A DNA stretch of 64,000 nucleotides, from assembly GCA_032718475.1 (NCBI GenBank), contig JAUCBJ010008167.1:1-64000 (forward strand), read 5' to 3'. The position numbers were made by a program, and so were the translations under genes. Within the stretch, counting starts at the first letter, position 1. Every line of letters starts with the position of its first letter. The notes under the pieces are model-generated. The model was not told where the DNA came from. It ran no database searches and was given only the letters and a program-made list of their open reading frames with translations. Of this stretch, positions 12,671 to 22,600 are shown piece by piece. The stretch comes from Nemertoderma westbladi. Lineage: Eukaryota > Animalia > Xenacoelomorpha.

Positions 12671-14380
12671 TTATCGCTTAGTTGATCGAGCCCTGCCGCG
12701 TCCTCGAAAACTGCGCACAGGTGACTTTGCTCGCGATATGGGACTCGTGGGGCGAGTCACTGGTTTCGTTTGGACGTTGAGAGACGGTGCGACTATTTCC
12801 TCGCAAATTCGTCTATTTGGCATCCCAAAACCTCGACCGATTCCTCGTGACCGATCAGTTGTCACTACAGTTGGTAGAACGTCTGGGAACTCGCGAGAAG
12901 CGGACGACGCAGACCCAAGAGCAGCTTGCGCCCCCTTTTGATCAGCTGGTGTGTGTCCCGATCCTCCTGTTGGTTCTCTAGGAAGCGATACCGTATCCCG
13001 AGTAATTCGAATAGTCGGCTCAACTCCCTTGCGTTCTTCTATATTAATAGACTTCTTTAACTGTTGGCCCACTTTCTGGACCCGTATGATCCTACCCTGT
13101 CCGTCCTCCCGAGGGTGACGTGCAGACGGCGCAACCGGAGTGGCTGGTATATTTTTCGCCTCTAGGACCTCCTCTTCCTCGAATACGCTCGCTCGTATAC
13201 GTTTGTGGTAAAACGCGGCTCGGTACGCCCATGCGACGGTTAACCAAGCTCCTTTATTCCGCTTTTCAGTTCGGAAACGATCGAATTCACCATACGTGAT
13301 GCGATTAACGACTTTCTGAAAATTCCACGTGTTTTTGTTATCCGGGTGAATCTGTAATAGATACTCGCGCACTACTCGGAATCCACTGTCGTGGGGCAAA
13401 ATATCGACTACCTCGATAAGTTCGTCATATTGGGGCATAGCGGAGATGTATCCTTCCGACATCATCGTTTGGGGATTTACCGCCCAAAATCCAAGATGCG
13501 CCCTCATCGGAAATCGTCTTCTTTGTGCCGATACATGTTCGTCGGCTAAATCTTCCCACTCATCGAATAATTTTCTCACGAGTTTTACAGATTCGTGTTC
13601 ATAGGGTATGTCTCTCAGTTGGCATTCAGATGCTCGATGCCCTTTTATATTGCAATAAGTACATTGAGCCATAAATCTCCAGCAAGTATAAAAGGTATGA
13701 GACCCTTGATCTCCACACCATCCACAGATTAGCTGAGTCGTAGTAATGTGCTTTCCACTACACTTTGTCATATGATGTCCAGCGACGCCACATTTACCAC
13801 ACATCGTATTGGCAGGGTACCACACTCGTTCATATATAAGATCTCCAATCGGTCGAGCGCTTCCGCCCACACTATAATCGTAATCATCTGGATCTATGGG
13901 TTGGTAGGTTTCTGAGGGTTGTATACAAACTATAGCATCTGTTGCTTCAAGTTGTCGAATCTCCGTCTGAGATTTCTTCGGGAGGTTCCTTTCTATCTCA
14001 AGAAGTTCCTCTAAAGGATCGTCAGTGATCGTAGTAGTTACTTCGAAATCATCACCAAGGTGACCGATAGGAGCGCGCGTCTGCCGTGATTCATCCGTAA
14101 TCTCCACGATACGTTCTCCTTCATAGGGTAACAATGTAAACATAGATGGTCTTTCGATAAGAGATCCCGCACAGCGAAGATATACGTCTCGAAATATACT
14201 AAATCCTGCTCGAGTAAAGGCATTACGCTGAGCGTCGGAGTTGTAGAAGGGTTCAAGGAATCGTCTAAACACGTCGGTATGAATTCTCCCTTCCATGTAG
14301 AACGTATGATCTTCTCCGAGACAAAGTGGATGTCTTTTGAGAGTCCGAGACACAATGTCGGCGATTAGGCAAACATTCAC
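12671..14380 (-). CDS. Accessory protein, C-terminal part: three zinc knuckles and basic low-complexity tail (frameshifted from 14265..16379)
   Basis: CGKCGVAGHHMTKC, CGWCGDQGSHTFYTC, CTYCNIKGHRASEC (~13620-13803), followed by FDEW...QRR...GFW, which matches element A FEEW...RQR...GFF. Confidence 0.8.
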   Translation of the reverse strand: MNVCLIADIVSRTLKRHPLCLGEDHTFYMEGRIHTDVFRRFLEPFYNSDAQRNAFTRAGFSIFRDVYLRCAGSLIERPSMFTLLPYEGERIVEITDESRQTRAPIGHLGDDFEVTTTITDDPLEELLEIERNLPKKSQTEIRQLEATDAIVCIQPSETYQPIDPDDYDYSVGGSARPIGDLIYERVWYPANTMCGKCGVAGHHMTKCSGKHITTTQLICGWCGDQGSHTFYTCWRFMAQCTYCNIKGHRASECQLRDIPYEHESVKLVRKLFDEWEDLADEHVSAQRRRFPMRAHLGFWAVNPQTMMSEGYISAMPQYDELIEVVDILPHDSGFRVVREYLLQIHPDNKNTWNFQKVVNRITYGEFDRFRTEKRNKGAWLTVAWAYRAAFYHKRIRASVFEEEEVLEAKNIPATPVAPSARHPREDGQGRIIRVQKVGQQLKKSINIEERKGVEPTIRITRDTVSLPREPTGGSGHTPADQKGAQAALGSASSASREFPDVLPTVVTTDRSRGIGRGFGMPNRRICEEIVAPSLNVQTKPVTRPTSPISRAKSPVRSFRGRGRARSTKR

Positions 14381-16379
14381 TGACGACTCTTGCTAAATAA
14401 TATTGTAGGACCGCTCTTGGAGGTGACGTAATAGCCCAATACACGCATCCTCTCCATTTAAGCTGTGATTCAAACTCACTCATATCTGGAGTATCACCTT
14501 CTCCATAAGTCTCAATATACTTGGTTCTCTTACTTTCCTTATAATCCCAATTGAATAACAGGTAGGAAATGTATCCAGTTCCAGTCTTCTGAGTATTATA
14601 CTCACGAAAATATCCCTGTTCTATAGACCACAAAATAAGAGGTCGAGTGTCGACGTAAGGTGTCGGTAGTCGGTCATCGCTGTCCGTCATGCCGGCGAAG
14701 TCGCTAATTAAGTCCTCCCTTACTCCTGATCCAATCTTTACAACAGTTTTATCTAAAATCATGTTTCTTACCATCTTCGGTATCATTCTAGCGTCGATAT
14801 TACAAGCTTGGTCCATCTTCTTTACTATGTGTCGCTTTGTATTTGCTGGAGGTATCGGCATTCGTTTGTCGCTCCTCTGTCTACTGAAAACGTGCAGGAC
14901 TCCGTCCGCCGCTCTAATTTGTATAGTCTTAGAAGTCAAACTCTGTTGATGACTGCCGCCCTCGTTATCGTAAAACATGTAACCATTTTCCTGAAACGAT
15001 CTAAACGTTCTATTCCATTCATCCAACAATTCTTCCGAAGGTTGCCAAATCTTCTCTATGTCCTTATCATCTTCGAAACGAATAACCTTACCTCGCCAAT
15101 CCGCGGCAATATCTGTATCCGACTCGAAGGTTCCGGTTCCAATCCATAAACGAATCGTCTTGGTTAAATATCCTTTCAAATTACTCGGAGCTATATCGGC
15201 ACCAGCTCTATCCAGTTCCTTAAAGTCTTGAATATGAGGTGGAACGTTGTACACGACCTTTTGAGTAATATGTCTACGTAAATCATATATCTTACTCATA
15301 TCGCTGAAAACAACTGCAGGAAGAAACTCCAAGTTTGAAATGATTTCTGGATGATCCACGATGGGTATTTCGTACGTCGTATCCTGTCGGACTGGTATAC
15401 TAATAGGAAAATTGAGTGTCGTACTCAATGGTTTCGTAGTTGAAGTACTATATGGTTGCATTTCTCTTGTCCTCTCCGGGGATGCAATCTGTAGTCTCTG
15501 AATAACGTTTTGAGCAAAGTTTATGCTCTCGAAAACTTCCGGTGTCATCTCCTTAGCTGGGGTTTGATCGTGTGACGTCCAATGGTAAGGTAGGCTCGCG
15601 AGTCTTCCGCCCCATTCTTCCATCTCACATTTCTCGAAAGCCTTGTAGGCTCTGTATAGGCTAAGAGCTTCTTTCTTTTTGCGGGTTGACTGATTCGCCT
15701 CGTCCAGCGTAAGTTCAAATACATCGGGTTCAACAACCTTAGGTGGGTAAACGACAGTTTCTCCCGCCTTTGGTCCGGTCATAGCAAATGAATGATATGG
15801 ATTCGATAAAGGATACCCTCCTTCCTGGTAGCGTAGTTGTTGATGGTTCGAACACCTCGCCAGTATCGGTTCGGGATTTTCCTTATTCAAACGCATCGGA
15901 ATCGCATTTCGTTGTTCGCGCATACAAGAACCGCATTGATAATAAAGTTTATAAACTGAAAATGCTTCCTTGGTTTCTCTATCGTCCCCTCGAGTTCGTC
16001 TGTAAAGGTGCATTCCATCGAATTCATCGCGTACCGCGGGCATAGGTTCGTGCGCCTTTAGGTATTGCATGGTATGATACAAACGACTAATTTCAGTATC
16101 GGGGTCTTCGCTAATGTCTCCCGTATCACACAAAGCGTCGTACGGGTAAAGTTCATTGAAGGTTCTGCGCAAACTTTCGATTCTTTCATTTAATGCGTTT
16201 TGTCTTCTCTTTAATACATTCGAGTCATATTTAGTTCTCGCGAGTTTCGCTGTACTTTCTGATAATTCTTTTATACCAAATATAGTGTAGTCCTTGGCTC
16301 CAAATCTTTCGAATGGCGCTGCTGCCTCCTCTTGGATATCATATCCCCATCTCGGCTCTCCTTGTATCCCTTTCTCCAT
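14265..16379 (-). CDS. Accessory protein, N-terminal part: putative CxxC/CxxH finger plus DEDDy 3'-5' exonuclease domain
   Basis: GYMFYDNEG (ExoI D-x-E, 14961-14969), TIQIRAADGVLHVF, IPKMVRNMILDKTVVKIGSGVRED (ExoII; WRN/EXD2/Mut-7-like KxGxGxxxD), YVDT, LQYY. Confidence 0.8.
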   Translation of the reverse strand: MEKGIQGEPRWGYDIQEEAAAPFERFGAKDYTIFGIKELSESTAKLARTKYDSNVLKRRQNALNERIESLRRTFNELYPYDALCDTGDISEDPDTEISRLYHTMQYLKAHEPMPAVRDEFDGMHLYRRTRGDDRETKEAFSVYKLYYQCGSCMREQRNAIPMRLNKENPEPILARCSNHQQLRYQEGGYPLSNPYHSFAMTGPKAGETVVYPPKVVEPDVFELTLDEANQSTRKKKEALSLYRAYKAFEKCEMEEWGGRLASLPYHWTSHDQTPAKEMTPEVFESINFAQNVIQRLQIASPERTREMQPYSTSTTKPLSTTLNFPISIPVRQDTTYEIPIVDHPEIISNLEFLPAVVFSDMSKIYDLRRHITQKVVYNVPPHIQDFKELDRAGADIAPSNLKGYLTKTIRLWIGTGTFESDTDIAADWRGKVIRFEDDKDIEKIWQPSEELLDEWNRTFRSFQENGYMFYDNEGGSHQQSLTSKTIQIRAADGVLHVFSRQRSDKRMPIPPANTKRHIVKKMDQACNIDARMIPKMVRNMILDKTVVKIGSGVREDLISDFAGMTDSDDRLPTPYVDTRPLILWSIEQGYFREYNTQKTGTGYISYLLFNWDYKESKRTKYIETYGEGDTPDMSEFESQLKWRGCVYWAITSPPRAVLQYYLARVVSECLPNRRHCVSDSQKTSTLSRRRSYVLHGRENSYRRV

Positions 16380-17059
16380 AATTAGAGGTGTAGTTACATA
16401 ATCATTACTACTAGAGGGAATACAACAGAGTTTGTAGTTAGTTGTGAGGAGACGTGAGAGTTTCGTCTGCCCTTTGGGCTCGACAACGCTCTAACCTCCT
16501 ACCCATAGCCTAAGATCTAGGGTTTCTTTAATGACACGCTGCTTCTTATCTAAAATTTTTGCCGAAATAAAAACGAATTTGGGCTAAACTGGCTGTGAGT
16601 CTAAAATACTCACTTTTTGATCCCAAACTATTATCAGAAAATAAGCAGTCAAGAATTAGTAATAAATATAGGGGAGTCTATTTTGACGTAACTTATTGAA
16701 ACAAGACCGTGTAAAATTTAATTTTAATTTTAATTAAAATTTAATTAAAATTTTAAGAAAGGCTCGCAAGTCTTCCTCTCTTGTTTCTCTAATTTTAAGT
16801 TCCACCCGACTGTACCCTGAAATCTATTCACTGGAGAAAATTTTAAAAATTTTTCAAATCCAAATGGATTGTCTAAAATTTCGAAATGTCTCAATATTGT
16901 GAGTTCCAAGTAGAATTCCATTTCTTATACCTACAAATCCCGCTCCTATGTGACACATAAGGGTACTACCCTCAATGTTCACATATAAAGACAATGGAAT
17001 TCTACCGCTGTCCTTACTACAGTGTACAGGTACGTGGAAATCTATTTGTAAACTCCTAA

Positions 17060-19588
17060 TTATTTACTAATATTAGGTGGAGATTTGTAATCTCCAGACT
17101 CGTTACGAGTCTCTTCAAGAAGTACGAGACGTTGTGTCGGTCTGTCAACTGTACGACCGTCAATTGTCCGTACCGTAACAGTTCTTGTCACTCCATCCAT
17201 AGATGGATGTGTGGCTAAAATTACACCTGTTATCCAGAAGCGTCTTTTTAGATTCACTTCTGCTAACAGCACGTGATCTCCCGGCTTTAATGCGCGGGTG
17301 TTATTGTACCAGTTTGTTCTGGCAGAAATAGAGTGCAAATAATGGTTTTGCCATATTTCCCAGAATTTGTTAGCTAGTAGTTGCGTGATTTTCCACGCTT
17401 TTCTACCGTAGCTATCGCCTTCTATTGGAATAGAAATAGGCGTCAAAGTTGTCGGTGCCTGCATAAGCAGGTGTGCCGGTGTCAAAGCAAACTGAGATTG
17501 TTTGTCATCGGGTACTAATACTATTGGTCTAGTATTTAGTATTGCCTCGATTTCAACAAACAGTGTTGTCAGTTGGTCGTCTGTCAATATGTGGTTTACT
17601 GGAATGACCTTTGCCATGGCTGTCTTTATAGATCTAATCAATCTCTCCCAGACTCTGCCTCTCCATGGACTATCTGGAGGATTAAACTTCCAAACAATCT
17701 TGTAAGGACGTAGTTCGTTTGAGATTTGATCATGATCTAATTTCTTAAAGGCTCTAGCAATCTCATTTCGAGCACCAACAAAGTTTGTCCCTTGGTCTGA
17801 GTACAAGCATTTCACTAGTCCGCGTCTGGCGATAAATCGCCGCAATGCTAGTATAAACGCGTTGGTGGAAAGATCCATCACACGTTCAATATGAACTGCC
17901 CTACTGGACATATATGTGAAAATCAGTCCCCAGCGTTTTACTAGTATACGTCCACGTTTCGTATGTATGGGACCAAAGCAATCAATTCCAGTCTCTGTAA
18001 AAGGTGGTCTGAATGCTTGAAGTCGTGCTTGTGGAAGTTCACTCATTTCTTGGGTACCTATTCTAGAATGTACCTTTTTACAAATAATACACGTACGTGT
18101 CACTGAACTTATTGCTTTACTGGGTCTAATTAATACAAATCTTGTACGTAAGTAGGAAAGACAGTGGTGTCTTCCAGCGTGTTTCAGATGAAAATGTGCG
18201 TCCAGTATCATTGCACGTTGTAGTTCGTGATGCTGCGGTATTATTATTGGGTACCTAAAGTTTGTGTTAAAGTCAATGTTTTGAAGCCGAGATTTATGAC
18301 AAATTAAGCCATTATAAATTATCGGACTCCAACTCAATATTGGTGACGACTTGATTGGTTGACCTTGATTTATAGATGTGAATTCGCGCGCGAAATATCG
18401 CAGTTGGTAATGGCGAATTAATTTAATCTCACACCTGTCAATCTCAGTCAATGTAAGTCGACGTGTGAAGTCTCGTTTGCCTTTAACGTATTGTACAAAA
18501 CGTACAATCCACGCTAATTTTCGGCAAGCGTTTGTCCAAGAATCTGTTAGGTTTACAATACGGTCGACGTAAGTATTTGTGACGTCATCAGGTAAGTCAA
18601 TGGAGATTTTGGAAGGTTTTGATTTACTAGAAGGGCCCATGGGTCCGCCGGTAGGTATTCCCTTGTTGACTGTTGATCCGTCCGGGTCTACAAGTAATTT
18701 GTCCTTCTTCGTCTTCTTACCTTGATTGTCAGTACTTTGTAAGTCGATCGTTAATGGTGGTTTGAACTCTATGGGGTCAGTGGGTTTCGGTAAACTTATT
18801 TTTCTGCCGATATTAATCCCGGGTCTCACCATAGGTTGCAAGTTTGGTATGTCTCTTGAGCGCAGAGTAACACCTGTATTTACATTAGCGTAGGTACTAC
18901 CCACATCTGTAATACATGAGGTTTCACCGTGCTTATGGTTGCTCAAGTGCGTCAAAATTGGTAGTTTGTCAATACAAGGCCGCTCCAATAGGGAAACTGC
19001 GGCTTTACTGTTAGTGAATACATTACTAATGTCCGGTTGAACATTTTGTGACATGTCTGGTAAAATCTTTCGCGGAACATCCGGCGAAATATCTAGTGAC
19101 GTGTCTGGCAAAACGTCTGGTTGACCGTCTAGTAACGTATCTGGTTGTTTGTCAATAGAAGGCCGCTCCAATAGAGAAACTGCGGCTTTACTATTTGTCA
19201 GTATGTTACTAGTGTCTGGTAGAACATTTTGTGATATGTCTGGCAAAATGTCTGGTTGGCCGTCTAGTAACGTGTCTGTTTGACCGTCTGGTAACGTGTC
19301 TGGTTGACCGTCTGGCGATATGTCTGGTGTAGAAAGGCTCGCAAGTCTTCCGTTCTTGACCTTTGAAGTTATCGCTTTCCATTTCGCCTTCGGTTTTTTC
19401 TTGAGTTTAGCCGCCGTCTTTTTCTTTGCTTTCCCTTTCTTTGGTTTTTTAATTTCCGCGTCTTTTGGGATAGTGTTAGACTTGTTGTCGTATAGTGGCG
19501 GCCAATGTTGTATTGATCCCTGCAAGAACCGTGGTCCGTGCTGCCAAAATTCTTTGTTCTCCGGTTTACAAAATTCCTCAGGCATCAT
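17060..19588 (-). CDS. Bel/Pao pol C-terminus: repeat-rich linker plus integrase
   Basis: HFHLKHAG...CIIC (HHCC), TGIDCFGP, SDQGTNF, WERL (DDE), GPY/F-like tail. Same frame as the upstream ORF across one TAA at 19643-19645 (SIK*DWRHCPGPQNPADIASRG). Confidence 0.95.
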   Translation of the reverse strand: MMPEEFCKPENKEFWQHGPRFLQGSIQHWPPLYDNKSNTIPKDAEIKKPKKGKAKKKTAAKLKKKPKAKWKAITSKVKNGRLASLSTPDISPDGQPDTLPDGQTDTLLDGQPDILPDISQNVLPDTSNILTNSKAAVSLLERPSIDKQPDTLLDGQPDVLPDTSLDISPDVPRKILPDMSQNVQPDISNVFTNSKAAVSLLERPCIDKLPILTHLSNHKHGETSCITDVGSTYANVNTGVTLRSRDIPNLQPMVRPGINIGRKISLPKPTDPIEFKPPLTIDLQSTDNQGKKTKKDKLLVDPDGSTVNKGIPTGGPMGPSSKSKPSKISIDLPDDVTNTYVDRIVNLTDSWTNACRKLAWIVRFVQYVKGKRDFTRRLTLTEIDRCEIKLIRHYQLRYFAREFTSINQGQPIKSSPILSWSPIIYNGLICHKSRLQNIDFNTNFRYPIIIPQHHELQRAMILDAHFHLKHAGRHHCLSYLRTRFVLIRPSKAISSVTRTCIICKKVHSRIGTQEMSELPQARLQAFRPPFTETGIDCFGPIHTKRGRILVKRWGLIFTYMSSRAVHIERVMDLSTNAFILALRRFIARRGLVKCLYSDQGTNFVGARNEIARAFKKLDHDQISNELRPYKIVWKFNPPDSPWRGRVWERLIRSIKTAMAKVIPVNHILTDDQLTTLFVEIEAILNTRPIVLVPDDKQSQFALTPAHLLMQAPTTLTPISIPIEGDSYGRKAWKITQLLANKFWEIWQNHYLHSISARTNWYNNTRALKPGDHVLLAEVNLKRRFWITGVILATHPSMDGVTRTVTVRTIDGRTVDRPTQRLVLLEETRNESGDYKSPPNISK
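18960..19330 (-). repeat. In-frame degenerate repeats (PDTLLDGQ) and duplicated NSKAAVSLLERP in the RNaseH-IN linker
   Basis: Seen in the translation and in DNA (gtctggttgaccgtct units). Confidence 0.8.
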
Positions 19589-19642
19589 TCCTCGCGACGC
19601 AATATCGGCTGGGTTTTGTGGTCCGGGACAATGTCGCCAATC

Positions 19643-22600
19643 TTATTTTATTGAACGGTCTAGAATTTCCGCGCGACGGTTAGCTACGAATGTCTTGAAT
19701 TCAAGTGTGTCGTTGTTTATGTAAAATAAAACCAACGTCGCGTCAGTCCAATAAAATATCTGTAAACTTGACTGTAGTTCTGTCTGTATAAGGTTCACGA
19801 TGGTGGTTGACAGGGCTGCGGCTTGTAGCTCAGCTCGTGGTGTCGTCATATACTTAGTAGGCATTGTTTTTGCCTTAGAAGTAATGAGCGAAACATCGAA
19901 TTCTTCTGAGTCTACTTGTCTGCGCAAGTACGCTGCCACACCAAAGCCGTTGTCACTGGCGTCAGAAAAACAATGTAATTCCAAGTTGTCAGGAAATGTT
20001 GTTTGTAATGGAAAGTAGACTCTGGGTATGGAATAATCCTCTAGCGAAGATAATTCTGCTTCCCAGGTTTTCCATAAGTCCACTTGGTCTGATGAGATCG
20101 GCTCGTCCCATGTCAGTCCATCCTTCCAAATACTGCGCATATAAATGCGGGCTTGCAGTATTATTGGACTGATGAATCCTAATGGATCGAACAATCGTCT
20201 CAATTTTGACAAGCATGATCTCTTTGTCAGTGTGTTTTCTTGACTGTCCAGTCTCACCTTCACTCGAAAGTTGTCCGTGTTTGGGTCCCAAAAGAGCCCC
20301 AACACCTTGGTCGTCGGTAGTGGTTCGAACTCTAGGTCTATGTCACCACCTCCACGCTCAGTCGTTCCGAATGAGTCTACTAATTCGGCACTGTTTGAGG
20401 CGAATTTGGTGAGGTTAAAACCTCCGCCCGCTAAGCAGTCCCGTAATTGATGTGCTACTGTTGTAGCACGTTCTACTGTGTCGCAACTCTGTAAACCGTC
20501 GTCGACGTAAAAGTCACGTTCCACAATCTTAATTATCTCTGGGTCATACATGTGTTTCTGATCCCTAGCGGCTTGCTTTAGGGCGTACATTGTACAGTTT
20601 GGGCTGTCCCTGGCACCGAAAACGCGAACTTGCATTTGGTAAGTCGCCGGTGGTAGACTTAAGTCTCCTTCCGGGTACCAGAGGAACCTCAAACTGTCTC
20701 TGTCTCGCTCTAACGCTCTCACTTGGTGAAACATAGCTTCGACGTCGCAAGTAAAAGCTACTTGACGCTGACGGAAGCGCATAATCACCCCCATAAGATA
20801 ATTATTCATGTTTTGTCCATCCATCAACTCGCTATTGAGGGACATTCCCTCAAACAGAGCCGCACAGTCATTGACTACACGTACTTTGTCTGGTTTGTCG
20901 GGGTGTCTCACGTAGTGATGTGGTAAGTAGTATGTCTGGTCTGTTACTATCTCTGGGTTAGTCATTCGGATAGCGTATCCCTTGGACAAATACGTCTCCA
21001 TCTGAGTGTTGTACTGGAGATGGGCTTTCTCGTCCTTTAATAGACGTTGTCGTATTGAGTGTAGACGTCTTAAAGCTAGTGGATAGTTATTTATGAGTTT
21101 AGGACGTTGGTCACGCCATAGCATCCCTACCTCATAATGTCCGTCCTCCGTCTGGCGGATAGTATCTTCCATGATCCTCAAAGATTGTTTCTCCTGTTCC
21201 GACATACATGGTTCGTAGCTACCAGGTTCAGCTGTATCTTGTTCTAACCACCTGATAGTCTTCTCCGTTAATTCTTTGTCCAATACAGCTTGTTCCACTT
21301 GATGATTTCTCAACGCGTCATCATCGATATCGACGGGCATTGTTGAGGTTATTTGTGTAGGTAGACTCACAAGCCTTCCGGCGTTATCATCTGTCGTCGA
21401 TGGAATCTCTGGCTGACTCGTCTTCTCCCCAAGTTCTAAACTCACCTGGTGGATTAGCTGCTCCTTGTGACTTATCATGCTAGTTACACGTCTGTCATGT
21501 TTTGTCGAATGTAGTGTAGTATGGTCCACGTCGTGTGAAAAGGAATGAATTGAATTTGTAGTTAATAAACTACATGTACTTTGTACATCGTCTTCCTCGT
21601 CACTTATGTCCAGTGTGCGCACAGGCGCTCGAGTATACCACCCTATCGGCGTTCTACAGGCATATGCGTTTCCCACTATGACTGCCGATGGTCTGGTTTC
21701 CCACACTTGATGTAGGTTGAATTGGTCTGTCCCGATCAGCATTGCTACCGATCTATAATTGACAGGACATTCAGGTACACCAAGGTGTCTGAAATACTTA
21801 CGGTCCTCCAAGGATTGTTCTGGGACAGGACCTAGTAGGTTACTAAAGTCCTTGGTGGCCGCAAAAGTCAAATCCTTAAAGGGTAACAAAGACCTCTCCT
21901 TTTCGCTGTGTTGCGATTTTGGAAGAAGAGTGTCTAAGTTTAACTTAACTCGTGTCACTGGTATTGCAAGTTGTCCGTGCATACTACTTACGGTGTAACT
22001 GACGCGCTTACCTTGTCTGAGATCCGTCACGACGTCAGCTATCTGCTCATCCACGTAGCTGTGAGATGAGGCTGAATCCAGGATAGCGTAGATTCTCTTG
22101 CACCCTTTTGTGCCAGTAATCTTAATCGGAATTACGCTGAATCCCTTTAGTTGGTCAGTCGTCAGAAGCACGATCGATGGTTGTTCGTCTCCATCGGAAT
22201 ATACGTCGTCGTCTTCTGACTCTTCGTCCGACGATCCGGATTGTTCTGAGAAACAATCCTTAATATGTGTCACGAAGGTTGGAGTCGTTTTCGATTCTCG
22301 ATTCTTGTAGGCCGTATTACATTTCGCTGCTGCTTCCGGGTGTTCCCTGGCGAAGCGTTTTGTCGGCGTGTGGCTGTCTGTGTGGAGCAGACCGTCGTGG
22401 TTGCGTCCACAGGATGGACAAGTGTCGGTATTTGGGCAATCTTTGCGAACGTGTCCGTGTCGCGTACACCGCCAACAAGAGTCCAATGGCCGTATCTGCA
22501 GCCGTCGTTCTTCCGAGTTTAACTCGCGAAACTGTTGACAACCTCTCAACTTGTGACCGATATACCGCTTGCCTAAATGCTCGCAGTATTGGCAGCCGCT

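Noticed and set aside
12671-16379. env gene
   Set aside because: It sits in the env position but has no signal peptide, transmembrane segment or fusion-protein pattern; it has nuclease and knuckle motifs instead.
19643-19645. Programmed stop readthrough in pol
   Set aside because: The TAA falls inside the conserved RNase H end (..K*DWRH..NPAD); most simply a post-insertion point mutation, consistent with ~0.6% LTR divergence.
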